This document shows positions 50,071 through 60,965 of a DNA stretch of 64,000 nt, piece after piece. The stretch comes from Promethearchaeota archaeon (GTDB taxonomy: Archaea; Asgardarchaeota; Lokiarchaeia; Sigyniarchaeales; SOKP01): NCBI GenBank assembly GCA_019057795.1, contig JAHLWS010000052.1, positions 1 through 64,000 of the forward strand. The letters run 5' to 3'. The first letter of the stretch is position 1; each line of letters opens with the position of its first letter. Made by a program: the position numbers and the translations under genes. The notes below the pieces were generated by a model, which saw only the letters and a list, made by a program, of their open reading frames with translations, ran no database searches and was not told where the DNA came from.

Positions 50071-51657
50071 TTAAGTTTGTTCACTTATTACTTCTCTAAT
50101 TTTATCGTGTGTTAAAATTTTGGGTTTAATACTTTCTTTTGGTTCTTTTACAATTGGATTTTCGCTGGAAATATAAATATTTTTCATTAATTCCTCTGGA
50201 TTCCTTAGTTCGTCAGATATAACTCTGGTGGTAATTCCTTGGGTGTACAACATGCCCAATCCACCTATAACTCCTTGTTTAATTAATCTACCCATACATG
50301 AAAGCATCCAATTAAATTTTCCAAACGGATTCATATACTCTTTTGCTCTTCTTATAATCCAACTTCTTAAGTAGAAAGCAGCATAAGCTTCAGCAACTAA
50401 TTGAAGAAAATCTTTAGACGACAATTCTTCAGTTCTCATCATTGGATGAAATAAATCGTAAAACTTGTAATTATGAGCAGTTATCATGCCCTTTTCTTTC
50501 ATTTCGTCGTAAAAATCGGTGCCAGGAAAAGCGGTAATCGGTGTAAATTGAACAACATCTAAATCTAAGTCAATTGCATACTGGATAGTTTGCCGGACCA
50601 TCCGTTTTGTTTCCCCCGGGAAGCCAATAATAACTCCTCCAAAGATAGATATACCTTTATCTCGTAGGCTTTTTACCACTTTTTGAACCATAGCTGGCGT
50701 TGTATTTTTCTTATTCATGGCATCTAAACTTTGTTGATGTACTGATTCAATTCCTAGAAATGTTTGCTTAAATCCAGCCTTATAAAGTTTATCGATTAAT
50801 ACAGGGTTTCTATACAATGTATCAACCCGCGATTGGCAGGAAAAGTGCATCTTATTTTGTACACCTGACTTTATGATTGTGTCTAAAATTTTATGCGTTC
50901 GTTTTACGTTTATGGTAAAATTATCTTCGCAAAAGAATATAAAATCGTTTTTCCAATCTACATCGTAAATTTCTCGCATAATTCTTGAAATTGATTTAGT
51001 TCTGTAAGTAATAGGTTGATTCGAATTTCGCCACATCTTTATAATACAACAAAACTTACAATTGTGTGGACAACCTCGAGAAGTCTCAATTTGTTGAGTT
51101 GTTGTTCCTAAATAAGTGTAAAGTTTCCCTTTTAAAAGATCTCTACGAGGCATCGGAAAATTATCTAAATTGCATTCCAATTGTCGCTCATTATTATGGA
51201 TTATTTTACCATCTTTATTTAAGTACGATATTCCATCAATTTCTTTTATCGAAACATTGTTTTTGTTGCCATCGATATAATCAATAATCTCTTTAAAGGT
51301 ATTCTCGCCTTCACCACGGACGGTAAAATCTACATATTCATGTTTAGCTACGAATTCAGGTACTAATGTAGGATGATATCCACCTATAATTGTGGTACAT
51401 CCTTGCTCTTTAGCCATTTCTGCAACCTCCAATGCTGAATAAATTTGAGGGGTCATACTTGTAATAGCTACTACGTCGTACCGATTTAGTTCACTACGAA
51501 ATCGCTTTTCACGATATTTATCTACCTTAAAATCAAACAATTTTGCGTCGTGCTCTGGTACCATAGCAGCTATTGAAATTAAACTGAGGGGCGAACCCGT
51601 AATTATTGAGTCTAATCCCGACTGTAAACGAGCAGGATTTATATATAATATCTTCAT
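50071..51657 (-). CDS. Cobalamin-binding radical SAM protein
   Basis: GGYHPT, VRGEGE, TSRGCPHNCKFC, GIES, GFPGET. Confidence 0.9.
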   Translation of the reverse strand: MKILYINPARLQSGLDSIITGSPLSLISIAAMVPEHDAKLFDFKVDKYREKRFRSELNRYDVVAITSMTPQIYSALEVAEMAKEQGCTTIIGGYHPTLVPEFVAKHEYVDFTVRGEGENTFKEIIDYIDGNKNNVSIKEIDGISYLNKDGKIIHNNERQLECNLDNFPMPRRDLLKGKLYTYLGTTTQQIETSRGCPHNCKFCCIIKMWRNSNQPITYRTKSISRIMREIYDVDWKNDFIFFCEDNFTINVKRTHKILDTIIKSGVQNKMHFSCQSRVDTLYRNPVLIDKLYKAGFKQTFLGIESVHQQSLDAMNKKNTTPAMVQKVVKSLRDKGISIFGGVIIGFPGETKRMVRQTIQYAIDLDLDVVQFTPITAFPGTDFYDEMKEKGMITAHNYKFYDLFHPMMRTEELSSKDFLQLVAEAYAAFYLRSWIIRRAKEYMNPFGKFNWMLSCMGRLIKQGVIGGLGMLYTQGITTRVISDELRNPEELMKNIYISSENPIVKEPKESIKPKILTHDKIREVISEQT

Positions 51658-52070
51658 TTTTAACTTGATAGTTTTTTATTTTCAAAAACTGAGCCTAACT
51701 TTAACAATAGCGAAATAAATAGGCTACAATTCATTTAGTTAATAATTGTAAAGAAAATATTATATTTAAATTTGTTGATTCTACATAGTTTTTGTTAATT
51801 CAATATAGTGGTTTAAAAGCCTTAACTCGATGCCTACGGTCAATATCTCGTCAAGTTTCTGATTGATAATCTATCTTTGTGAGCTTTAGGTAATTTATTT
51901 GTGTAATTCAGCATTCTTCCCTTGCTTGACGATCCTAACGAGTGTTATAGAATATGCAGGAAAATTTTATGGATTCTTAACATCTAAATTTTTTTCCATT
52001 CTTAATTATAAAACTTTTTTTTCCTAATTTTTCTTATTAATATATATAATGTTAATGATTATGAAATGTT

Positions 52071-52937
52071 ATGGTATTCTCCAAATCAATAATTGATATT
52101 ATAAAGCAGCGGACATCTTGGAGGACTTATTCTAAACGGTTACTTGAAGAACAAATAAAGGAAAAGTTGCTAGAAATATTAAAATTGCGTAATTTTAAAA
52201 GTCCGTTTAGCGAAATTGCTGGAAATTGTCGTTTTGATTTAATAGCTACGCCAGAATTTGACCCGGATGAAAAGAAAAAATTGGGAACCTATGGTTTAAT
52301 AAAGGGCGCTCAAGAATTTATTGTTGGAGCAGTTGAAAAATCTGATTATGACCGAGAAAATTATGGTTATCTTTTAGAAGCTATTATTTTATCTGCAACT
52401 GATATGAATTTAGGCACGTGTTGGTTAGGAGGTTTTTTTAATCGAAGTCTTTTTTCTAAAAAAATCAAATGCGAACCTAACGAAGCTGTACCCGCAATTA
52501 CACCTGTAGGATACGCCGCAGAAACTAGAAGAGCAAAAGAAAAAATTATCCGTTCGTTCGTAAAAGCTGACGCAAGGTATTCATGGGATCAACTTTTTTT
52601 TGAACGAGATTTCTCTACTAATCTTTCTCAAGAAAATATTGGTAAATACGCAACTTTATTAGAAATGGTTCGTCTTGGTCCATCTGCGGGTAATAAGCAA
52701 CCATGGAGAATAATAAAAGAACTGGACGCTGATAAGTTTCATTTTTACGTAAGGTTCTCAAAAGATAAAAAAGGTTTGATTTATAACAAATTTGTGCGTC
52801 TCGATATTGGGATTGCTGTATGTCACTTTGATCTGAGTGCGAAAGAAGTCGGAATAGGTGGAGGATGGACGTTTTCAGAACCAGATATTGAGAAGCCCGA
52901 AGAATTAAAATACATAATATCGTGGAATGGTACGTAA
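52071..52937 (+). CDS. Nitroreductase family protein
   Basis: RTSWRTY, LGTCWLGG, PSAGNKQPWR, DIGIAVCHF. Confidence 0.85.
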   Translation: MVFSKSIIDIIKQRTSWRTYSKRLLEEQIKEKLLEILKLRNFKSPFSEIAGNCRFDLIATPEFDPDEKKKLGTYGLIKGAQEFIVGAVEKSDYDRENYGYLLEAIILSATDMNLGTCWLGGFFNRSLFSKKIKCEPNEAVPAITPVGYAAETRRAKEKIIRSFVKADARYSWDQLFFERDFSTNLSQENIGKYATLLEMVRLGPSAGNKQPWRIIKELDADKFHFYVRFSKDKKGLIYNKFVRLDIGIAVCHFDLSAKEVGIGGGWTFSEPDIEKPEELKYIISWNGT

Positions 52938-53105
52938 TCTTCTAAATTATATACTTTTTTAAAGAGATAAAGATTTTTTATTATATTCAGATCGTGAAAC
53001 ACTCATTTCACGGAATTCCTTACATACCAGGGTAATATCAGAATATTACGATTTAATAATCTTAATTAAAATTAAAGCAGAGACAAATTAAAATTGATTA
53101 ATTTT

Positions 53106-53654
53106 TTATAATTTAACATAATAATACGCATTAATATCTTGCTGGACATCCTTCAATTCTAATTTATACGACAATTTCAGAATCTTCTCAAAATTATTCA
53201 ACGGGAATTTAAAAGATATAACAATTGCTCCAGTGTTTGCCGTCTTAAGCACATGATTCAAATACTTTTGCATTGTAGGTAAAGAAAAAATATAAATAAA
53301 ATTATAATTTTCTAAAGAAATATTAAAAAGATCTTCTTGTTTTAATTTAATCTTGCGAAATAATCTTTTCTTAAATTTCTTTTCTTTTTTGATCAATTTT
53401 ATTTTTTCTTTTGCCTCAATAATTAAATTCCCATTAATTTCAATACCAAATGACTTTAGTCCGTAATTTAAAGCAGAATAAATGATTATTTGACCATTCC
53501 CCGCCCCCAAGTCTATAAGTTTTTGGTTAGAGTTTCTCGTTAAACCAAATTTAACTTGAAGAATATGAAATATTTCTTCCAGCAGATCGATGGGGGTTTC
53601 TGAAAAAGGTAATTGAAGTTGTGAAAGAAAATTCCCTATATTCTTCTTTAACAT
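53106..53654 (-). CDS. Class I SAM-dependent methyltransferase (FAM173/aKMT-like)
   Basis: PFSETP, IDLGAGNG, GIEIN, EDLF, VISFKF. Confidence 0.7.
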   Translation of the reverse strand: MLKKNIGNFLSQLQLPFSETPIDLLEEIFHILQVKFGLTRNSNQKLIDLGAGNGQIIIYSALNYGLKSFGIEINGNLIIEAKEKIKLIKKEKKFKKRLFRKIKLKQEDLFNISLENYNFIYIFSLPTMQKYLNHVLKTANTGAIVISFKFPLNNFEKILKLSYKLELKDVQQDINAYYYVKL

Positions 53655-53841
53655 ATTGAAATTTCACAGATTAACTAAGAATTTTGTTTAATTCAATAAT
53701 TTTATTATTATTTTTTTCAATTAAAATTTAAGCTAAAAAAGAAGCAAATTATATAAAATGAAAAATTCTAATTCTCCTATTCTTAATACTCTTAAGGGTG
53801 ACAAACCCCAATATTTTGAGAAGCTTTAAAAACCAAATTTA

Positions 53842-54888
53842 ATGATTTTAAATATTCAAAATTTGAATAAAAATACTTATCTTTTTGCGATGGCAAATAT
53901 ATTAGTGACTGGCGGTACGGGATTTATTGGCATCCCCCTCGTCAAAAAATTGAATTCCCTTGGACATTCTTTAAAACTATTAATAAGGGAAAATAGCAAT
54001 ACAAACCCTTTTAAGAATTTAAATAATATTGAATATGTTACTGGTGATGTTCAAGATATCAGTAGTTTGGAAAAAGCTGTGAATAATGTAGATATAATAT
54101 ACCATCTTGCAGCTTATACAGGGATTTGGGCAAAAGATAAATCGATTTATTATGATATTAATGTTAAAGGAACAGAAAATATTGCTAATGTTGCTCTTGA
54201 AAATAACTTAAAATTATTTTATGTTAGTTCCTTTGCTGCATTAGGTCCTACTCCTCCAGAAGCCGTTGACGAGACTCATGAAAATGAGAATTTTTTTATG
54301 GAATATGAGAAATCTAAATTCCAAGCGAAAAAACTTGTAAAAGAAATTATACCAAAAGGCTTGAAAGTAATGATTTTTTATCCCGGAATTGTATACGGTC
54401 CAGGAGATTTTAATATTTTTGGTAGAATGCTTTTTGATGTTATGAGGGGAAAAATTCTTCCCTTAGGCCTTTGTCCTGGAAAGGGAGAAGCTATGACCTG
54501 TGTATCTTATGTTTTTGATATTTCAAATGCTTTAGTAGATGTAATAAATAAGGAAGATCTTTTTGGGGAGGACTTTATTCTTGGCGGGGAAAACATTAAA
54601 TTTAAGGAATATCTTGATTTAATTGCCAAAATCGGGAGAAATAAAAAGGTAAGAAAGCTTCCATTCACAATTGCGTTTGTATACGCATGGTTATTGGAGG
54701 TAAAAGCAAAATTTAATAAGAAAGTTCCTTATTTAACTCGACCTACATTAAGGGCAATTAAATATCATAGATGTTATTCTTCAAAAAAAGCCATTGACAA
54801 GTTTGGCTACACAATTACTCCATTAAAAGAAGGTTTAGAAGACACAATTAAGTGGTATAAGGATTTTAATGAAGAAAGAAAAAAATGA
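53842..54888 (+). CDS. NAD-dependent epimerase/dehydratase (HpnA/3-beta-HSD-like extended SDR; likely start 53890)
   Basis: TGGTGFIG, HLAA, YEKSK, VYGPGD. Confidence 0.85.
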   Translation: MILNIQNLNKNTYLFAMANILVTGGTGFIGIPLVKKLNSLGHSLKLLIRENSNTNPFKNLNNIEYVTGDVQDISSLEKAVNNVDIIYHLAAYTGIWAKDKSIYYDINVKGTENIANVALENNLKLFYVSSFAALGPTPPEAVDETHENENFFMEYEKSKFQAKKLVKEIIPKGLKVMIFYPGIVYGPGDFNIFGRMLFDVMRGKILPLGLCPGKGEAMTCVSYVFDISNALVDVINKEDLFGEDFILGGENIKFKEYLDLIAKIGRNKKVRKLPFTIAFVYAWLLEVKAKFNKKVPYLTRPTLRAIKYHRCYSSKKAIDKFGYTITPLKEGLEDTIKWYKDFNEERKK

Positions 54889-54906
54889 GATGAGTTTTCA
54901 AACATC

Positions 54907-55377
54907 ATGTTGGATGAAAAATTAAAGAATCAAATTATAGATAAAGAAGTATATAAAACAAAAATAGCCAAAAAATATACCATATTTCTGGCACAATATC
55001 CTGAGATTTTTTCTGATTTAATTTCAGGCTCCATCTTTGATTTCGGCCTTTATGATTCAATTGAAACATACTATAAAGAATCTCCAGTAGATATGTTTAA
55101 TGTGCTTAGAAAAGGAAATGGAATTGAAATAAAACCAGGCGGAGCAGTTGATTCGGATTTACAATTAGCGCTCTCGGTAAGTGCGGTTAAAAAATTAATT
55201 CAAACGAAATCAAAAGTGGAATATGCAGAACTTTGCGGATCATTTTATAATGATCCAGATGATGAGAAAGGATGGATTGATTTTGTATTATATAAAAGAT
55301 CGCAAACTATAATCAACATGGGCTATGGAAAGTTTGCCCAGACTGCTGGTATCATCGAAGATTATAATAGTATTTAA
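54907..55377 (+). CDS. Hypothetical protein, SCP2-like; paralog of 56941-57348
   Basis: DLQLALSVSAVKKLI...EY...GYGKF pattern shared with the paralog. Confidence 0.5.
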   Translation: MLDEKLKNQIIDKEVYKTKIAKKYTIFLAQYPEIFSDLISGSIFDFGLYDSIETYYKESPVDMFNVLRKGNGIEIKPGGAVDSDLQLALSVSAVKKLIQTKSKVEYAELCGSFYNDPDDEKGWIDFVLYKRSQTIINMGYGKFAQTAGIIEDYNSI

Positions 55378-55389
55378 AAATCTTCTTGA

Positions 55390-56928
55390 TTGAATATTAG
55401 AAACATCAGTAAAATTAGAAAGGCAATTAAAAATATGACAAAAGTTCAAGAATTAGAAATAAAAAATAAATACACTGGGGAAGTTATAAGAACTATCCCT
55501 GCTGACACACCGGAAACAGTTCAAGCAAAAATAAAAAAAGTACATAAAAATCAACATTTATTAAGAGAAATGGACTTCTTTGAACGTGCTCAACTTCTCT
55601 CTAAATATGCAAGTAAAATGCGATTTAAAAAGAAAAAACTAAAAGATTTAGTTGTAGCAGAAGGAGGTTTACCGATCAAATATTCGGAATGGGAATTGAA
55701 CATTGTTCTAACAGGATTCAAATTTTGCGATTGGTATTATCAATTTATAGAAGACAGACCATTAACGGGTATTGAAGGAGAGAAAAATGTAATAATAAAA
55801 TATATTCCACACGGATTATCTGCTTGTATTTCTCCACGTAACACACCTATTAGCCTTCCCCTTTATCAGATGGGTGCTAATTATTTGGTAGGAAATGGTG
55901 TGATTGTTAAACCATCTACCGCATGCCCCTTAACCATGTTAGAAGCCTATTCCACCATGAAGGATATGGATTTTCCGGGTTTAGATGCATTAGATTTGGT
56001 TATAGCTCCCGGAGAATGGGCAGTAGACGAATTTCTTAAATCTCATTTAATCAAGATTATTATGACGGTTACCTCTTCACATACTGCAAAAGATATTCTT
56101 GTGAGATATGGAAGGATGCTGAAAAAAACTGCAGATAAATCAATGGGTGTCACAATGTATACTCAACCTTTCAAACAATTCTTCTTTGAGTGCGCAGGAA
56201 ATGATGCTGGAATAGTAATGAATGATGTTAATTTAGAAAAAGTAGCAAAATGGAATGCCGTGGCAAGTTACACCAATTCAGGTCAACAATGTTTCTCAAT
56301 GAAGCGAATTATAGTCCACCAAGATATATATGATGAGTATGTGGAGTGTTTAATAAAAGAAATTGAGAAATTAAAATATGGAGACCCCACAGATCCCACT
56401 GTTGATATTGGACCATTAGGAAGTCGACGTATACTAATGATGATGGAAGTGATGGTGGCTGATGCTAAAGAATATGGTGTTAAAATCTATACCGGAGCAG
56501 AAAAAATTGATACTGGCGAGGATTATGGATTGTTTTACAAACCAACTCTGGTTGAAATTAAACCAGAATTATGTGAAGATTTAACAAAAGCGCCGTTTTT
56601 GTGGAGAGAAGAGGCTTTTGGACCTGTCCGTTCTATTACTAAAGCCAAAGATATGAAAGATGCAATTAGATTAGCAAATGCAAGTAATTATGGTATGAGA
56701 GCAGTAGTCTACACTTCTAATTTGAACAACATTGAGGTTTTTAAGAATCAGTTAGAAGCTGCAAATATTTATATTAACGCAAGACCTATGCTTGTTGACA
56801 TTACGGTTTCTTTAGGAGGAATTAAAGATTCTGCTTATCCCGCAGGTTGCAAATATTATCCCCAAGAATTAGTTTATGGAAAATATATTTATGATGGTAC
56901 TCCGCTGAATTTAGAAAAAATTAAATAA
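55390..56928 (+). CDS. Aldehyde dehydrogenase (divergent)
   Basis: PRNTP, VKPS, ECAGND, SGQQC, EEAFGP, YGM, GGIKDS. Confidence 0.85.
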   Translation: MNIRNISKIRKAIKNMTKVQELEIKNKYTGEVIRTIPADTPETVQAKIKKVHKNQHLLREMDFFERAQLLSKYASKMRFKKKKLKDLVVAEGGLPIKYSEWELNIVLTGFKFCDWYYQFIEDRPLTGIEGEKNVIIKYIPHGLSACISPRNTPISLPLYQMGANYLVGNGVIVKPSTACPLTMLEAYSTMKDMDFPGLDALDLVIAPGEWAVDEFLKSHLIKIIMTVTSSHTAKDILVRYGRMLKKTADKSMGVTMYTQPFKQFFFECAGNDAGIVMNDVNLEKVAKWNAVASYTNSGQQCFSMKRIIVHQDIYDEYVECLIKEIEKLKYGDPTDPTVDIGPLGSRRILMMMEVMVADAKEYGVKIYTGAEKIDTGEDYGLFYKPTLVEIKPELCEDLTKAPFLWREEAFGPVRSITKAKDMKDAIRLANASNYGMRAVVYTSNLNNIEVFKNQLEAANIYINARPMLVDITVSLGGIKDSAYPAGCKYYPQELVYGKYIYDGTPLNLEKIK

Positions 56929-56940
56929 ATTTCATTCAAA

Positions 56941-57348
56941 ATGGAAGCTGAAGAATTATACACAAAATTAAAAGAATTTTTTCCAAATAAATTAGATTTA
57001 ATGAGACATCTACATGTGAATGCCTGCTGGGAGTATTATATCACTGAAAATTCCACCAACGATACCATTTTCAAACTACACTATTATTTATTCAAAAAGA
57101 ATGAAAATTCATTAGAGATGACAAAAGAGGTACCCGATATTAAAACAGATTTAGTTTTATATTTTACAGAAAAAGCTATTTTATATTTAATTGAAGGAAA
57201 TTCAAGCGCAGAAGAATATTATGCTCGGTATCATAAATTAATGAACAATCCTCAATCCGGCATCGAAGTGGACAGTAAAGTAAATAAACCTAGACTAAAG
57301 CTTTGGCAGATTGGATATAAAAAATGGCAAAAAGACTTTAAATTTTAA
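56941..57348 (+). CDS. Hypothetical protein, SCP2-like; paralog of 54907-55377
   Basis: DLVLYFTEKAILYLI...EEY...GYKKW. Confidence 0.5.
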   Translation: MEAEELYTKLKEFFPNKLDLMRHLHVNACWEYYITENSTNDTIFKLHYYLFKKNENSLEMTKEVPDIKTDLVLYFTEKAILYLIEGNSSAEEYYARYHKLMNNPQSGIEVDSKVNKPRLKLWQIGYKKWQKDFKF

Positions 57349-57487
57349 CTTCGCACGGTTAAGAAAAGAAAATAAAGACTAAGAATAAATCTTTTTAACA
57401 GTTTTTTATTCACCTTAAATTTCCTTTATTCTCTTATTTAAAAAATAAGAATATTAAAAATAGAATTTTATATTGATGATTATTATA

Positions 57488-58174
57488 TTAAAAAGAAGTA
57501 GTTTTAATTAGCTTCTTCTTTAAAGAAATGAAAATTATAGCAACAATAGCCACTATTGAAAATCCTATAAAATGAGTCCCAAAAGGGATAATCCGAAATG
57601 TTCCTTCCAGTTTTATTATAACTTGGTCAGATTCATCGGAGTATGTTTCAACTGCAAGAATTCCTCTCGTATCATATTCCTTTTCCCATAGATAATCTTT
57701 TCCAGTATCACTTACTGCTTGCTTAAATATTGAAAAACCATCTCTATAATATTCTGATGGTAAAAATCCTACAACTTCTGTGAGATAATCCTCCAAAGGA
57801 GTGAGACAGAATATAGATTCTTCATAGAGTTCTGGATTCTTAAATATGTGTAGAGTTATATCTTTTCCACTCAATCCCCAATCGGTTTTGTAATCCCAAA
57901 ATTCTATCCTTATCACATAAGAAATGGTAGCTTCAGAAATTTCCCTGATAATCATTCTATTTTGATCCCCTAACTCAAAATTTGGGTCAAATCCAAAGAT
58001 TTCTCTAAATCTTGTTAAATCTAATTCAGTAATCTCCCAAATCAATTCTGTTCCCTCATTAAAACTCACTGAATACCCATAATCTTGTGCTTTAGTATTT
58101 AAATTAAGGCATGTGCTAAATATAAAGAAATTTAGCAAAACAATTGAGCAAATAATTTTATGTTTTTGTTTCAC
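57488..58174 (-). CDS. Secreted protein with C-terminal Loki-CTERM-like anchor
   Basis: Signal peptide MKQKHK-hydrophobic-TKA; C-terminal IPFG + TM + KKK. Confidence 0.7.
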   Translation of the reverse strand: MKQKHKIICSIVLLNFFIFSTCLNLNTKAQDYGYSVSFNEGTELIWEITELDLTRFREIFGFDPNFELGDQNRMIIREISEATISYVIRIEFWDYKTDWGLSGKDITLHIFKNPELYEESIFCLTPLEDYLTEVVGFLPSEYYRDGFSIFKQAVSDTGKDYLWEKEYDTRGILAVETYSDESDQVIIKLEGTFRIIPFGTHFIGFSIVAIVAIIFISLKKKLIKTTSF

Positions 58175-58409
58175 TTTACCATCAAAAAGTATTTACTTAA
58201 AATTTTTACAATAGAATATCTTAAATAATAAATTGAAAAATAAATATTTTCTTTAATTTAAAAATTTGATTTAAGATTTTCGTATCTGTTTAAAATACAA
58301 CAAAACTTGCAATTATCCAAAATACCTCAATTAAATAATATATATCAATAACAATATTTATTTTCGATTTAATATTGAAAACATTTAATTCAATTAAGGT
58401 GAAAAAAAT

Positions 58410-59840
58410 TTGAATAAAGAAGAAATTTGTTTTATGCCAGCTTACGAGATGTTAGAAAAAATTAAGACGCAAGAACTGACATCTACTGAAATTACTGAAA
58501 CTATAATTGAAAGAATTGAAAGAATCAATCCTATAATAAATGCTTATTGTACTCCTACTTTTGAATTAGCAAGAGAAACTGCCAAAAAAGCAGATGAAAT
58601 AGTTAAAAAAGGTGAAAAATTAGGATTATTACATGGAATTCCTACTTCAATTAAAGATCTAATGCTATTAAAAGGGATTAGAACTACTTATGGTTCATTG
58701 TTGCACGAGAATTTTATTCCTGAAGATGATGAAATTGTTGTAAAACGATTGAAAAAAGCAGGGTGTGTTATACTAGGAAAAACAAATACACCTGAATTCG
58801 GACATGTCGCTCTTACAAATAATAAGATTTTTGGAGAAACAAAGAATCCATGGGATAGAGAGACAAATTCTGGAGGATCAAGTGGTGGAGCGGCAGCTTC
58901 AGTTGCAGCGGGAATTGGACCTTTAGCTTTAGGGTCAGATGGAGGAGGTTCAATTAGGGTTCCCAGCAGTTGTTGTGGAGTTTATGGGTTAAAACCGACA
59001 TTTGGACGCATTCCTCGATATCCACATGATACCATTACATTTTGGTCAATGGATCATTATGGACCGATTGTTAGATACGTGAAAGATGCTGCTTTAATGT
59101 TAAATGTAATGAAAGGTTATCATCCTGCTGATAAAAATTCTTTAACTGACGATAACATCGATTATGTAAAAATACTTGAAGAAAAACCTAAAAAAACAAA
59201 GATTGGTTATTCAATGACCTTAGGTTTTGGGAAAGCTCTTGAAGATGAAGTTAAAGAGAGCATTCTTGATGGTATTCAAAAGTTTGAACAATATGATTGG
59301 GATGTAGAAGAAGCTAAATTAAAAATAAAAAACCCAGGATCGGCATTTAAAACTTTTGCTAGTATAGGTTACGCCTATGACTTGCAAAAAGCTTATAATA
59401 ATAGATTTGAAGATCTTTGCCCAGATTTAATTTCTATAATAAAACTAGGACTAGATACTAGTTCTATGAATATTGGGAAAGCTAGAGAACAAAGAAAGCG
59501 AGTTTACGAAGTCATGTATCAATATTTTAGGAATTATGATGTACTGATTACACCGACAACGCCCTGCCCTGCCTTTAAACCCGGCTGGTCAGAATCAGGG
59601 ACAACATTTCCAACAATAGGTAAAAAAACATTAAGTACTATGGATTGGATAATGTATACATTTCCTTTTAATATGACAGGGTTGCCAGCTGCTTCAATTC
59701 CATCTGGTTGGACTAATTCTGGTTTACCAATTGGAATGCAAATTGTTGGTAAGCGCTATGACGAAAGAACAGTTCTTCAAGTCTCAAAAGCTTTTGAAGA
59801 TATTGCTCCATGGCAAGATAAAAAACCACAATTCAATTAA
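58410..59840 (+). CDS. Amidase signature family protein
   Basis: IKD, GGSSGG, GSDGGGSIRVP, FNMTGLPA. Confidence 0.9.
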   Translation: MNKEEICFMPAYEMLEKIKTQELTSTEITETIIERIERINPIINAYCTPTFELARETAKKADEIVKKGEKLGLLHGIPTSIKDLMLLKGIRTTYGSLLHENFIPEDDEIVVKRLKKAGCVILGKTNTPEFGHVALTNNKIFGETKNPWDRETNSGGSSGGAAASVAAGIGPLALGSDGGGSIRVPSSCCGVYGLKPTFGRIPRYPHDTITFWSMDHYGPIVRYVKDAALMLNVMKGYHPADKNSLTDDNIDYVKILEEKPKKTKIGYSMTLGFGKALEDEVKESILDGIQKFEQYDWDVEEAKLKIKNPGSAFKTFASIGYAYDLQKAYNNRFEDLCPDLISIIKLGLDTSSMNIGKAREQRKRVYEVMYQYFRNYDVLITPTTPCPAFKPGWSESGTTFPTIGKKTLSTMDWIMYTFPFNMTGLPAASIPSGWTNSGLPIGMQIVGKRYDERTVLQVSKAFEDIAPWQDKKPQFN

Positions 59841-59864
59841 TTATAATATTACTTTCTTTTTTTT

Positions 59865-60965
59865 TTAAAATGACTTCATATTTGATGTTGTAATATAAGT
59901 AGAGTCGCCAATAGTTATATCATTTTTTATTAAATCTTCTAAAATTGAGTAATCACCGATAATACTGTTAGAAGAGATAATTTTCTTCAATAAGACGCCA
60001 TCTCCTATTACTGATTCGGAGAGAATACATTTTTCTAATTCTATATCGTCCCCAATCGAAACATTTGGACCTATAATTGAATTTTTAATTCTTACATTTT
60101 CTCCAATAAACACAGGAGGTACTATTTTTGAGTCTACTATATTTCCTGATTTGAACATGCTTTCGTAAAGAGGATCTTTTAATTTACTCTCAGACAATAA
60201 ATAACGATTTCCCTCAAGTAATGTTTCTGGCCTTCCAAAATCTAAGATCTCTTTCTGCATCACGCTACCCTTAAGCTTTATCCCCTCTTCTATAAGTTGT
60301 TCGATTATGGGTGTAAATTGATGTTCTTTTCCATTTACTATCTTGATCTTACTCTGTTCCTCTAAAAGCTCAAATAATCTCGAAATGGATTTCTTTCCAA
60401 AAAGATAAGCACCGGAAACGGCATAATCAGAAATGTGAACTTGTGGTTTTTCAACAATTTTAGTTATAAAATCATTAGTGTCTAATACTGTAACACCATA
60501 GAATTGAGGGTTCTCAACCTTTTTAATATTAATAACTCCATCGCAATTTCCTTGATGATAAGTTAATAAAATAGAAGAATATTCTTCCATTGGTAGTCTA
60601 TCACTTAAAAATATAAAACAATCGTCGTCAATAGCAAAGTCCTTAGCTAATAATATTGCGTCTCCAAGACCGCTGAAAAAAGGCGTATCAGCCGAAAATC
60701 CTAGAGGTTTCTGTTCGATAAATTGAAGTTTGAAATAATCTGAAAAGTGTTCAATTAAGTATTCAGAAATCTGCCTCTTTTTATACCCTACTATAAAAAC
60801 TATAACGGTTCCTTTAGGAAAAGTACTTTTTAACTTTATAAGTATGTGATCGATTAGCCTTTTTCCAGCAACTTTTAGAAAAGCTTTGGGTTTTGAATAA
60901 GTAAAGGGTTGTAATCGTTTTCCAACGCCTGCAATTGGGCAAATTATTTTCAACTTTAACATCAA
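59865..60965 (-). CDS. Sugar-phosphate nucleotidyltransferase with left-handed beta-helix tail
   Basis: AGVGKRLQPFTYSKPK, EQ, GLGDA, VEKP, DFG, hexapeptide repeats. Confidence 0.85.
   Translation of the reverse strand: MMLKLKIICPIAGVGKRLQPFTYSKPKAFLKVAGKRLIDHILIKLKSTFPKGTVIVFIVGYKKRQISEYLIEHFSDYFKLQFIEQKPLGFSADTPFFSGLGDAILLAKDFAIDDDCFIFLSDRLPMEEYSSILLTYHQGNCDGVINIKKVENPQFYGVTVLDTNDFITKIVEKPQVHISDYAVSGAYLFGKKSISRLFELLEEQSKIKIVNGKEHQFTPIIEQLIEEGIKLKGSVMQKEILDFGRPETLLEGNRYLLSESKLKDPLYESMFKSGNIVDSKIVPPVFIGENVRIKNSIIGPNVSIGDDIELEKCILSESVIGDGVLLKKIISSNSIIGDYSILEDLIKNDITIGDSTYITTSNMKSF

Noticed and set aside
2975-51287. Many short antisense or nested ORFs in the track (e.g. 2975, 7862, 10847, 40544, 43000, 44424, 44538)
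   Set aside because: Shadow frames overlapping well-supported genes.
58410-59840. gatA assignment
   Set aside because: Generic amidase signature with no gatB/gatC neighbours.
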